Shown here piece after piece: positions 14,311 through 26,204 of a stretch of 64,000 nt of DNA (within the stretch, counting starts at the first letter, position 1; every line of letters begins with the position of its first letter). A program made the translations under genes and the position numbers. Source of the DNA: Takakia lepidozioides (lineage: Eukaryota > Plantae > Bryophyta); contig CM060733.1 of the NCBI GenBank assembly GCA_030704615.1, positions 7,936,001 to 8,000,000 of the forward strand, given 5' to 3'. The notes under the pieces are model-generated. The model was not told the origin of the DNA. It was given only the letters and a program-made list of their open reading frames with translations, and did not search any database.

Positions 14311-15036
14311 CATATTTTTTGATCCATGAAGAGATCAGCAATCACATTTCTGAAGAGCACCGGCACACAGTTTTTAGAGATTTGCAGTACTACTAGATTT
14401 CGAAACCCGAACGAAATGAATTGCTAGTACTCCTCCAAGTCCAGTGCTCTGCTTTTTAGGTCACTAATCTTAGCTCGTGTTGGCTTTGACCCAAGCCATC
14501 ATAACTAACAGCCTCTTCCCACTAATCCTGAACTGTAACTTCAAGTCCTTATTGCAGAAACTGCACATAGACCTCTCTATCAACGAAGATGTACAGCGAT
14601 TTGTTAACCATGAATATATACATGTCCTTCGGGAAATCATGTGCTTTTGGACCAATTGAATATCACTGGATTCGGCATGCATTGCTTGATTGCCCACACA
14701 CGACAACGCTGCTCGTGCTGCAGGTTTGCTTTCAATGTTGTCACTTCCACATCAATGGAGTCACATGCTGTCACTGGTGGGGTCATCGATTTGAAGTCTA
14801 TGGCCTTCTTCTATACGTTTCAGATTTCCGTTGTTGGCCGAAAATGTATAGACGTGTAAGGATTTGCATCGATGTGTGAGAGAATGTTAGACACAGGTCT
14901 GATCTGCAAACAGACTCCAAGCACACTCCCTAACGGGGAATTTGTATCTGTCTTTTAAAGTGTCTTTTCGTCTGCATCTGAATTGGTCCTAGAAAAACAA
15001 AACATGTCCGAAAAAGGAAGTGCCACAAAAGACAAA

Positions 15037-15109
15037 TGGAGATGCGGGGTATCGATCCCCGTACCTCTCGCATGCTAAGCGAGCGCTCTACCATCTGAGC
15101 TACATCCCC
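15037..15109 (-). tRNA. trnA-AGC: tRNA-Ala (anticodon AGC)
   Basis: The minus strand reads GGGGATGTAGCTCAGATGGTAGAGCGCTCGCTTAGCATGCGAGAGGTACGGGGATCGATACCCCGCATCTCCA: 73 nt, anticodon arm CTCGC-TTAGCAT-GCGAG, with T-rich sequence downstream. Confidence 0.97.
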
Positions 15110-16857
15110 ATACATATCATTCTGAGGAATTAATTGGCTATATAGTTTTTGTCCTACTGTCCCATTATCTTCGCTCTCCATTGACCCCACGCCCAGTTTG
15201 AGCAGAGACACAGAACAGCTCTGCGCACTCTGTTTCTTCTGCTCTCTAACGATGTCATCTTTTGGCACGAAAGCTTATGCAGAATCCAGACACAGTTCGA
15301 TCCTTAAAAATATGGGTGCCAAGGTGGTGAAGACATCCATGCTGGAAAGTTTCCAGCACATTCAAAAGGGTGGAAAACAGAGGTGCTGTCCAGGATATGG
15401 GACATGCATGTTGCTGGAGCATTGACTGCACCTACTGCCAGCAGCTGCACACATTTACAGCCTACGAGTAATATCTGGACGGATCACAGGGAGGAGCAAA
15501 TTGGTGATGAGTCAAATGAGAGTGCTTGTTCGTTGTGTTAGAGTGAGACACTGCGAGTAGATGCCTACTAGGATACAATCATGAGGGTTTTGCTGGATCC
15601 ATGTTTGCAAGGGCAGGTTATAGTGACACCAGAACTTGTGAAGAGAATGAGAACGGTAGCAAGAGTTATAGTGCCAAGAAACTGCCCTCTCATGCAGTTT
15701 GAGGGGACAGTGCCAGAATAAGGAGATGAATCTTGACATTGAAGACACTGATTTTGGTGTTTGTAGCCAGAAGTTGGGGGATGTATGGAGGGTTGCAGTT
15801 GGAATGATGCAGAAAAGGAAAAAAACCGATGGATCCACACCAATGAGATGGACCGATGGAATAAATACAGAGATATTGTAGGCATTGACTCCCCTATGAA
15901 TGTTGGCCATTCCGCACCCATGAGGATGTAGTGTCCACAAGGATTCTACTTCCGGAGCCGATTGTAGGATTTCACAGAGACAGACAGAATATGGCAAAGG
16001 TCACAGATAAATTAAGTAGTGTTCCATCTTGAGCTTTGCAGGTGGACGAGCAGGCATGTAGCAAGGCCAACAGGAACCTGTAAGGAGTAAGTATTGTGTG
16101 CAACAGGTTTGATGATAGCCGCTGCTGTCAAGAAGTTGGGAAACCGTTCAAAAGACTTCAACATCGTCAGCCTTCTTTACTGTCACCACTACTTCGAACC
16201 GGCGGGCTTCATAATCCCAGTGTTGGTATGGTGCCTATTGACATATGTCTCCTCACAGATGGCGGTCTTGATTCTATTCAAAACCAATTCTTTTTTTTGT
16301 TTTTTTTAAATGAACAAGTGACCGAGGCCCTGATAGTCGATATTTTATTGATAAGGAGGAAGCAAGGAAAAAATAACCTTGCAGCAGCGCCATAAGACCA
16401 ACAGATGAGGCACATGCTCATAAAACCGGAGTTCGAGGAAGGTCCTAACAGAAGGCTACATTGAGAAGTCAGGGGAGCTGACATTCAGCACAAACTGTCC
16501 TGCTAGAGTGAAGGAAAGCAGGGCTAGGGCGAACCAGGCTATCAGCCACCACCCACTGCCTTGCTAGTTTCAAAGGAAAGATGAATTTTGGAACGGGCCT
16601 TTCTAAAGCTGCGCTTGTGGCGCCAGTTAACCCCCGTCAGTGGGAGATCGCTTAACACTGCGTGAACTCCCAGCACGCAGTAAGGGAGTGGTTCCAGTCA
16701 ACTCGCAATTGGGCAAAGGTGCAGAAGACACCTCCATTTCCCCATTTTCTTAAAAAATGGGACCCCCCGCTGGCAGCTCTAGCGGTTTGGCTTGTTTTCT
16801 AATTTTTTCTTAAGAAAATCGGGATCGCCCCAATTAATCCAAAAAAAAAATGGACCG

Positions 16858-17260
16858 CTCTATCACGTTATATAAGTCAAGCCAATGGCACCTTTGCTAA
16901 AGGATTCCACCATACAGACCTCACCCACTCTCCATCTCAAGTACTAGAGATATGGCGGCGAAAGAGGCCTCGGGATGCTCGACTAAAAGAAGACGAGCCT
17001 GCCTACGTCTCACGTGGAGATAACCTCCCCACGTCCTAAGTGAGGTTCGTCATCTCACTTGGCACATGGAACCAAATGAAATCCCAATGCCAACAAAATA
17101 CAAATATAAATGTGTAATGTCTTAATTAGCTAGAAATAACTATTTCTAACTAATCACAAACAAAACCATGACAACTGTCGTACACCTAAGCATCGTGCCA
17201 CAACATACATCGTTGTCCAACCACACTTCCTAGCATATAGTCCTAGAAAGCCACGCCACA
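16858..17260 (-). repeat. 3' LTR (lacks ~33 bp at its outer end); PPT adjacent at 17261-17270
   Basis: On the minus strand AGGGGGCGAT precedes TGTGGCGTGG... 16858-17172 matches 26237-26546 at about 95% (about 14 substitutions, mostly transitions, and one 5-bp indel, counted by eye). Confidence 0.85.
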
Positions 17261-17509
17261 ATCGCCCCCTAGCTGGTGATTAGCTAATACCGGATAGCTT
17301 GCAAGTAACCATCCCAATAAGATCATCGTTTGGTCTTCAATCGCACAAGTCCCACACTGAAGTGAGGCCGGGTGCAAACGTAGCCCCATCGTTAGTCGCC
17401 TTCATGCAATCCATGATCTTCAGTTGAGTATCCATGGCATTGAAGCCCCATTAGCTAGACCTTGGATCACTTGTCCGCCTCATCGTTGTCATGCTCACTA
17501 CCTCTGTCC

Positions 17510-17660
17510 AAGGCATCGTGGACACAACCGTTCTCCGATAGGAACCTCCTCAAGTGGCGGTATCAAGCATCCCATGTGTCACCTCCTTGAGCATTGTCAC
17601 ACCACATGGTTGGTTGCGCGCCCACCAGCATGCCCACATAGCATGCAACGCAACCCTGCA
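17510..17660 (-). pseudogene. PHD finger at the end of the Gypsy pol
   Basis: CMLCGHAGG...CSRR*HMGCLIPPLEEVPIGERLCPRC fits C4HC3 with the typical HxxCLxPPLxxVPxGxWxCPxC tail. Confidence 0.85.
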
Positions 17661-17699
17661 AGTACCACTGCAAGGTTGGGATCTATCATCCCATCCACA

Positions 17700-18990
17700 T
17701 GTGGAAGGTGACATGGCGCACAATTGCGCACATGGTCCTTCCATACCATGCCATCTCGACCCTCCATAATCAACACTCCTGAAGGCAACACCTCTCTGAC
17801 CCTTAGAATCACACGTCTAGCTGTGACATCCAAGGTCGTAAGCGTTGTATGCTACAGATACACATAGTCCCCAGGGTGGAAACGCCGAACACTTGGCCGA
17901 TATCCCCATCCACGTATAGTGGCGTACCTCAATGTGTCTCGTGTGGGCAATAGCAAAGTTCTCAAAAAGCCATAGGCATGACTCTCTTGAACAACTCTAC
18001 CCGCTGGGCACATGCTTGTGTCCACACATCCGGATCATCAAGGTTGAGAACTATTGCAGCCTCCCTGCGAATAGATGCAGGCAAATCCGACTCTCGGCCA
18101 AAGAGAAGAAAGTAAGGTGAGAATGAGGCAAGTGAAGCTTGTTTGCTGAACCTATAGCCCATAGCTAGCCAAAGTATTCTCCTAGGTGTCCCTTCTGCAA
18201 ACCGTACTTGCGCAAACCTCTCTTGACTGTCTGAACAACTCTCTCCGCCAAAGCCATCAGCCTCGGATGATCCGAGAAGTAGTGCGGTGATCTATCAAGG
18301 CTTGCTCATACAAAGCCTGAAACTCCCCAAGAACTCTCCTCCCCTGGTCCGTGAGCCTCGGCTGGAGCACCAAAATGGCTAAGCACTCGATCTAAGAATG
18401 CATACGCAGCCCCTCACTTGCCTGTCAGGCAATGCCACCAGTTCAATCCATTTGGAGAAATGTTCCACCATCACCAGCACATACTGGTTATGGCGAATCG
18501 TCAATGGCAATGGGCCTGCGAAGTCAAGACTCCAACGATAGCCCAAACCCATAATGAATAAATGATGCAATTGTGGAGTAGGGGCGTTGAAAAGAGCCCG
18601 TACTCTATCACACACCATGCACTTTGCCACTAACTGTTGCACATCCGTGTGCATGCCCGTCACCAATACTGCCCTTGCAGCAAACTATGAGTGCGCCGCA
18701 CCCCAAAATATCCAATTCCTCATGGGCATGGCGTACTAATCGCGCCTCGTTGTGTTGGATGAGGCATTATCCTCACTCGTCATCCTCCCATACCCGGAGT
18801 AGATGAGTCCCCTCCCACTGAACCTCTTGCTTCGTTGTAGGACCCGATCTCTCTCCTTAACAGTCACACTGGCTGCTGTCTCTCCGGTACGAAGGTATGC
18901 CTACACTGCTGCATCTTCATGCACATCCTTAGCACCACCAAACTCCTCACTAGTCTATGGATCGTCATGTACGCTATCTACATGACCAAT
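17700..18990 (-). pseudogene. Gypsy integrase (HHCC zinc finger, DDE core, C-terminal module)
   Basis: HEELG...CMVC; RWSLDFAGPLP...VLVMVEHFSKWIE; FSPYFLLFGRE; FHPGDYVYL. Confidence 0.9.
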
Positions 18991-19269
18991 CGCATGGGAT
19001 GGACGCGCTTGAGCTCCCATTGTTAGAAGGCACAAAAGACCAATGCATGTCATCCTGGCACCATCTCCTCATCTGTCTCATCATGCCACCGAGCTCCAGT
19101 ATCATCATGCTCACTCGTGCATGGATTACGACTCAATCCATCTGCATCCCGATTGACAATACCGGCTCGATGCACCACTTGGAAGTCGTACTCTTGAACA
19201 TAATGCCTACGCGTGCAAGCTTCCCTGTAAGCTTGTCTACTCCATCAACCACTTCAATGGTTGGTGATC

Positions 19270-19930
19270 CGTGACAAGGGTGAAGAGATTGTCATAGAAG
19301 TAGCATATGAAATGTGCCACTGCCCATACCGTAGCTAGACACTCCCCTTCATAGGAACTATACTTCATTGCTCGGTTTGTCATGTTCGAGCGCTAGCAAA
19401 TGCCACTACGAACTTCCTCCCTCATCATCCACCTGTGTGAGCACTGCTCCAATCCCCAACATACTCCATCCGTATGTAGCTGGAAAGACCGCCCCCGAAT
19501 AGGCCGCCGCAGAATAGGTGCAGAAGTCAATCGAGCCTTGAGTTTCTCAAATGCTTCCTCCTGCTCCTCCTCCCATTGCCATTCCTGACCCACCTTGGTC
19601 AACTTTGTAAGAGCATTTGCAATGCTGCTAAATCCCTTGACAAACCGTCGATAGTAGTTTGTCAATCCCATGAAAGCACGAACTCTGCTCACATCCATGG
19701 GGCGTGGAATGCATGCAATGGCCTCCACTTTGTCTGTTGAACATCCAATCCTCCAGGTATATCATGTGGCCCAGATACTCCATCTGATTGTGGAAGAAAA
19801 TTGCACTTTCAGGGGTGCAGTTTCAACCTGTGCGCTCTCAAGTGCTCAACACCACCTGAAGGTGTCTCTCATGCTCCTCAACCGTAGCACTAAAGACAAT
19901 GATGTCATCAATATAGCACCGGACGAAGTC
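19270..19930 (-). pseudogene. RT C-terminal half and RNase H; RT N-terminal half deleted
   Basis: LDFVRCYIDDIIVFS; VRAFMGLTNYYRRFVKGFS; WEEEQEEAFEKLKARLTSAPIL; FQLHTD; YSSYEGECLATVWAV. Confidence 0.9.
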
Positions 19931-20850
19931 TAGCCCCGCACTTGGCGGCGTGATGCCTCTGACAGAGCTGACACATCTGTAGTGCCGGTGGCAAATCCCA
20001 TTGCCCGCTCTCGCTCATCCGCATTGGGCTCCACCAATTGCTGTAGCACACTATCACAAACAAATCACCCAGGACCATTGTCTTGGAAAGCATGAGACGA
20101 GTGAAAGCTCATGAGCATAGGCAAGGCCGCACGTGGCTGGCCCACTCGATTGACCACTGCTAGAGGTGGACGATCATCATGTCGCACTCTCTGTGGTTGT
20201 CTCCCTTAGTCCAAAATGCCTTACAACCGTGAAATTGGTGGCCGTTGAATGGAATCGTATGCTCTCTTGAGAGCTCTGGTGGTGCAAGATTGGTCACCAC
20301 AATCGAGTCGACGCACCGCGGATCCCACCACTGCCTGCATCCAATAGCACCGGCGATCCAATCCAAGACCGTACCTGATGCACACTGGCCATTACCCTGG
20401 CCCGATAATCCCCATAAGAGGAACATTCTCCAAGATATAGCCTAGAGGTTGCACTTGCCTTGTCTGCAAGTCCCGCAACACTCGCAACAATCTCCAAAAC
20501 AAATGCGATCGTGCATCATACAAGCCATTCCCATGACCTGCAGGAGAGTGTCCTTGGCAAGGCCATCCGACTATCACCAAGTCAATGGAACCATGCCGCT
20601 CCAAATCATCCACCCCCAGCAGGTAATGTCTGCTGGCAGGGCCTTTTGATACCCTTGAACTGCTGAGAGAAGCAACAACTCAGGATACCGGTGTATGAGC
20701 AAGACAATGTGGCGCATGGAAATACGCCGAGCAATCTCATCCTTATCCCATACAAGTACTTGCGTACTTTAATCCCTGCTTGCAACACTCCTGCAAGCCC
20801 AATGCTCATGCCTCCAAACAAGTCTAGCAACAAATCCCTGAGTCAGGTGG
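19930..20850 (-). pseudogene. C5-cytosine DNA methyltransferase domain, DNMT3-like, inside the retrotransposon polyprotein
   Basis: Motif I LLDLFGGMSIG (20833). Motif IV IDLVIVGWPCQGHS (PCQ at ~20554-20562). Motif VI YILENVP. PVLLDA...RL(W)..TNL. C-terminal EPNADERERAMGFATGTTDVSALSEASRRQVRG, which parallels DNMT3 [28 protein letters not shown]. Confidence 0.9.
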
Positions 20851-21290
20851 TGTCAGGTAATGGGCACTGTGTCCAAATGAGCTAACTCAGGAGGTCCAAG
20901 GGATGTCACTGAACTCCCCTCACTCACCAATGGAAAGGCCTCCCGCCATGCTTGGTGCACACACTCGCCTGCTACTCGATGCAAATTCCCAACCGTACCC
21001 CACAGTGGAATATGCACATGCACATGATGAAGCAAAATCAGCCTTGTATGCCAATTGTTTGTCCTCATCAGGTGATGGCCTATCATCTACATGGCTATTG
21101 CCCTCCAAGAGCTCACCACCCCAAGCCACCACCCTGAGAATGCAGCCAATGTGGGCATCATGTTCCTATGATCCACACGCTACATTCCCAATAAACCACC
21201 TGGGAGCAGTGCACGTCGGCCATCTCTTGACTGCCATTCCGGCCTGTAGGATGTCGTTTCCTCCCAAAAGTCCAGAGTGATCCCATGGGG

Positions 21291-21623
21291 TTATAACACC
21301 GCCCCACCAACAAGCACATCGTAAGACATCGCATCCGTAACAATGGCTTTAGCTCTCATGACTGAGCTGTCCGTAGGATGATCCGGCTGCAATCGAATGA
21401 AGAGCTCATGACGTGTAATCCCTCGTGCCTTCTCTGAACCGCCCAAAGATGTTTGAATTTGGAATGGGTAAGGCTCCAAATCCGTCTTTGAAAGGCCCAA
21501 GCCTGCAATTGCTGCTCTTCCCAACATCAATGGCTGTGCTCCCGAGTCCAACAAGACCCGTAGTGGCCTATACCTCCTCCCGACTGGGCCACCCAACTGA
21601 AACACACCATTCTGATTGTCCAC
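21291..21623 (-). pseudogene. Retrotransposon aspartic protease
   Basis: LRVLLDSGAQPLMLG ... YDVLVG. Confidence 0.85.
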
Positions 21624-22571
21624 CAGGACTACCCAGAGTCACCATACTACGCCAATGGCTGGTCTAGCTGACAACTCCTGCAACCTTGCAGCTGCCGCTT
21701 GCCATGGTGCAGCTGCGGCTGTCTTCACCCTTGAGTCCATGACATCCATTCATTGCACATTATCCGCTATCCCCGCAGATAGTGCCAATGCATCACCACT
21801 CTCACAAAGTCTAGCTGCTAGTCTGAACACAACAGCTGGCCGAATCCCTGGCATTGCAATGGTCATCGCAGACAACAATGGAGCTTGGCAAACCGCCGTA
21901 GCCGCCCCCAACAATGTACTGGCTGCACCCTGCTTTGCAGCACCACCCACTAGCATTTCCCGAGCCACACCAACTCTCCCCACTGATACTCGTGGCTCTA
22001 CCTCTGACACACTTGGGTGAGCGGGTACCATCGATGGCGTAGTTGGCATTGTCTCAGCCAATGTGAAAGACTATGGAAGCCTTGTCTGTCAACTTGCTTC
22101 CCCTCTTTGTGGATCAAAATCCACATCTGCTCCTCTTGGCTCAGGAGCACGCGTTGCTGCTCGAGTGACAGCAGCTGCAGAGTCCACATGCAGTGGTCCA
22201 GCAAGTGCGGCTCCACACATGAAGCCCATACCAATCTGGTCTTCCCTAGGCATAGGAGGTTGTGCAGGTGGGGCTGCCTCAGGCCTGAACTCGGCCTTGG
22301 AGCTGACCCCATATTAGTAGTGGCCACGGCAGCAAGACGTTGCTCTAGTTGGGCAAGCCTATCCACCATGTCTTGGTCATGACCTTGACCTTGACCGTTT
22401 TCTTTGGTTTTGGTTACGACCTCCACCACGATCTCTGCCTCCTCTACCTCTCTAGACTACATTGCCTCGTCCTCGGTCACCATTGTTCCCTTGGAACTGG
22501 CTTGGTCGTAGCTCAGGATGCAAGTCATAACAATGGGCCTCTTCATGCCCATATTTGCCACAATGCCCACA

Positions 22572-23700
22572 CTATAGTTGTGTAGGCTGTGCCTGTGCCG
22601 ACCCTTTGCCTCTCTCCGGGCAATCTCTCTTAACATGGGGTCCTCCACAATCCCAACATATCACACTCGACTGTTGTTGGCCTGAGAATGAAGGAAGTGA
22701 CCTCTGCATTTGAGATCCTCTCTGTCCTTCCCCGGGCTTCGCCTGAGCCCCCTTGTTGCCTTGAGCACGTTGGGGTAGTGGTTGTTGTTGGCTAGGAGCC
22801 CCACTTCGTTGTGTCTCCTTACCAAACCCCACCATGACCGCTCGCTCCTCCACTATATTGAGCTCTATCCGCTCTGCCAGCAAAAACACGTTTGCTAAGG
22901 TGGGTTGGTCTACTTGTAGGAGAGTTGCATCCCGCACCTTTCTCCTTAGGTCTTTGTCCAATATCCCATACCAGAATTGGACTGCTTGAGCTTCCGTAAC
23001 CCCTTAGGTTACATTTATCAATCGCCTCATGCGCGTGTAAGCTTATCTCAAACTCTTAGTAGGCTTGCGCTGGAACTCTTGCAAGCTCCGCAATTTCTCC
23101 GTCCTTATTCCCTGGTAGTTTTTCCTCAACTCTTCGAAGAACTCCACAACTGGGTTAAAGGCAGGCACGGGTGCTGGTGCTGCAGCAGGAGCTTGAGTGG
23201 ATTTCCCAGCTCCATCTTTACTTGTCCCACTACTAGTGCTTGCAGTTGGGGATGTTGGTGTAGCTGCTGGTATTGCCGCTGCCTTTGTGCCTCTAGTGAT
23301 GGAGACATAATCAGGTGACCAATATTGTCGTCACTCCTCAATCTCCACCTCATTTCCCCGCCTAAATTCATGGTAGTCATCCATAAGCGGCCCCTCAAGG
23401 TGCTGAAACAGCCCCTATCACATCAACTATCAAACTCCTGTATGAAATCATCAAGCTCGATGGTGCCCACAGCTCCCGAGTACCGACGTGGCCCCTTGGG
23501 AGCTCCATACATTTCCTCCATCGTATCCCACAACAATGGCACGGAAATGGCTTGCACCCTCGGCGAGAATCCTCTTAACTTTGAGTCTGAACCTTCCTCA
23601 AAAGACATTGAAGATGAGGGTGGCCTAAACCGCACACCTCGTCTTGTATACCCACTAGTATCACTGGTGCTCGTGCCGGCACTCTCCTTAGCAACTGATG
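22572..23700 (-). pseudogene. gag region with CCHC zinc knuckle
   Basis: CWDCGGPHVKRDCP; upstream PRRYSG...LDDFIQEFD; fragmented by stops and frameshifts. Confidence 0.8.
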
Positions 23701-24499
23701 GTACCTCCGTGATGAAAACTCACACTCAAACCGGCTATCAACTCATCTCTAATCCTCATTTCCACAAGGTAACTGGGTAGAGAACCTGTTGCGGCTTATG
23801 GTTTGGAATACTAGGTTCCTATTCTGAACCTGCACCTGCACCTGTATCCACCGCATGCACTCCTATGGTATGCTGGTCTTCAACCCAGCCTCACCATAAG
23901 AGAAACAATGATGGTCTGCTGGTCACCACCCCAGCCTCACCGCCGACAGCACGCTCTAGGATTGGCCGGCCACAATATTTCCTGCACAACCACCTATAAA
24001 AGCAAGCGCCTAAACCAAACTAGCATGGCGCATAGTCAAGCATGCATGTGTGGGAGGAAGATCCAAACACAGGAAACTCAAACAACAACATCTCCTACAC
24101 CTTAAATCAATCGATCTCCTTGCGGCTTCAATAAACCTGCAAGATGGCCAAGTCTCTATCCAAACTAGCTCTGCCTCCGCTTACGGAAAAGCTTTGGCCT
24201 ACAAGAATGATAGAAAACTATAGAGAAGGGAAGCTAAAGCAATCTCTAAACCTAGAATGCTCTCATCCCATTATTCCCCCTATCTTCACACTCACTCTTG
24301 CTCAAGCAATAGATAAGACTATCCTTAAAGAAACTCAAATAACTCTCAAAAGCCCTCAAATTATTGCCATGAACTTCTGAAATCTGCCCTCAATCAGCCC
24401 CTAAAATAGACCCACCGAGGTTCAAGAAGTTCGCAAACTTGGACTCTAAACAGTCCACCAAAAGGCCCTAGGCGCCCGCCAATTAGTGGCCTCCATGGT

Positions 24500-24905
24500 C
24501 TCCAATCAGCCCCCACAATGGCTCCACAAGCCTGCCCAATATGGCCTCCAAGAGTCCTCCAAACAGCCCTTAAGAAGCTCCTCAAATCTGCCAAGTATTT
24601 GGCCTCCAAGGACCTCCAACAGCCCTCCAAAGAACTCTTAGAAAACTCCATAAGCCTGCCCAATATGGGCCTCCAAAGACCTCCAATCGTCCTCCAACCA
24701 GCCCTCACAAGGCTCCACAGGCCTGCCAAACATTGGCCTCAAAGGACCCCAAATAGTCCTTCAAACAACCCCAAGCAGGCTCTACAAGCCTGCAAGATAT
24801 TGGCTTTAATAGACCCCAAATAGTCCTCAAAGCAGGCCCCAATACCTGCAAGATATTGGCCTCAATAGACCCCAAATAGTCCTCAAACAAGCCCCTTTGA
24901 AGGCT
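24500..24905. repeat. Degenerate ~55-70 bp tandem repeats in the Gypsy 5' leader
   Basis: Recurring GCCTGC(C/A)AA..TGGCCTC(C)AA..GACC(C/T)CAA..GTCCT units. Confidence 0.75.
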
Positions 24906-24929
24906 CCAAAAATATCCACAGTCAGTTGA

Positions 24930-25350
24930 TTTTTCATCCGTCACTACCAAATTTCATCCAAAACCGCAATTTTTCATCCGCAGGTCCGATATCTCATCCG
25001 TCGGTGCGATATCTCATCCACTGGCGCGATATTTCATCCACAGGCGCGATTTCATCCGCTGGCGCAGTTTCATCCGTTGCCGCGATTTTTCATCCGATAG
25101 CGCAATAGTTCATCCGCTGCAACAATTTCATCCGCTGATGCAGTTTCATCCGTCGCCGCGATGTTTCATCCGATAGCGCGATAGTTCATCCGCTGACGCA
25201 GCTTCATCCGTCGCCGCGATGTTTCATCTGATAGCGTGATAATTCATCGGCTGACGAGATTTCATCCGCTGGCGCAGTTTCATCCACTGTAACCGATTCT
25301 CATCCAAGAGCGCCAATTTTCATCCACTGGCTCAATAGTTCATCCGATTG
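24930..25350. repeat. Minisatellite, ~22 units of 18-21 bp with core TTCATCC(G/A)
   Basis: The core recurs every ~20 bp with CG-rich variable flanks (e.g. TTTCATCCGCTGGCGCAG). Confidence 0.92.
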
Positions 25351-26204
25351 GACTGGTGGTGCTCCCAACTCTGGGATAATGTTCCCACGCGTTCCCACAA
25401 GTTCCCAAGCGTTCTCACAAGTTCCCTCGAGTTCCCAATGAGTTCACACGCGTTCCCAAGCTAGGGTTTGCGCCGATTTGCCTCTGCGATTACTGCAACG
25501 AGCTATGGCTTCTATGGAGCAACCAGAGGTAATGTTTTTGGTTTCTTGAGCATCAATAGACCACCAAGAGTGCCTCTAACTCCCTGAGCAAGCTATTTGC
25601 CACACAACAAGCTCTCTTTCTCTATAAAACTTATTGAAACAAGCATAAAACAAGCTATTGAGCGTTCTATGGCATACCCTCTTCTAGCCATCGCATGCAC
25701 TCATAGTGTTTCTTTCTATGGCCATAGTGCACCTCTTAGAGCTCCTAATCCAGCCCTGCACTTGCCACTTCCATAGACATGCTCTTCCCAAGCTTGGGAT
25801 TGAAACCCCAACTCAAAACATGCTCTACAAATACACTATTCTGCCCCAAAGAGAAATCAGATGTCTACCTCCAGTCATAGCTCTCCTAAGCTTGAAGTTG
25901 AAGACTCCCACAAGCTGAAACCATGCTCCACACATGCACCGCTTGCTCCCTTAACACCCGAGCTCTTCTTGAACTCATCAAACCCTACAACACTTGCAGA
26001 ACAAGAGCTTCTTCACAAGCTCTCAAATTTTTCAATGGGGCTCTCCTTGAAGACCTCCTCTTGTACATAACACCACAAGGCTTTCTTCTTGCAAACCTTG
26101 CAACACCTTATATCTTAAGAGCTATCTATCAAGCTCTCTTCCACACACAAGTGCTAACTATGCTAACACATTGCACTCATAGATGTAAGCAGGTCTTCTT
26201 CTAG

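Noticed and set aside
14930-15268. 112-aa minus-strand ORF containing GDVAQMVERSLSMREVRGSIPRIS
   Set aside because: This is the translation of the tRNA-Ala gene, not a protein.
15198-16500. Cluster of short + strand ORFs suggesting a decayed gene
   Set aside because: No recognisable motif or consistent exon structure.
19930-20850. Host DRM/DNMT3 gene, or bacterial restriction-modification contamination
   Set aside because: The domain is intronless, collinear with and between PR and RT, inside the LTR pair, and as decayed as the rest of pol. The motif order is not DRM-permuted, and the wider window carries spliced plant genes.
24930-25350. CRISPR-like appearance of the periodic TTCATCC array
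   Set aside because: The period is only ~20 bp, the intervening sequences resemble each other, there are no cas genes and the context is eukaryotic. It is a minisatellite.
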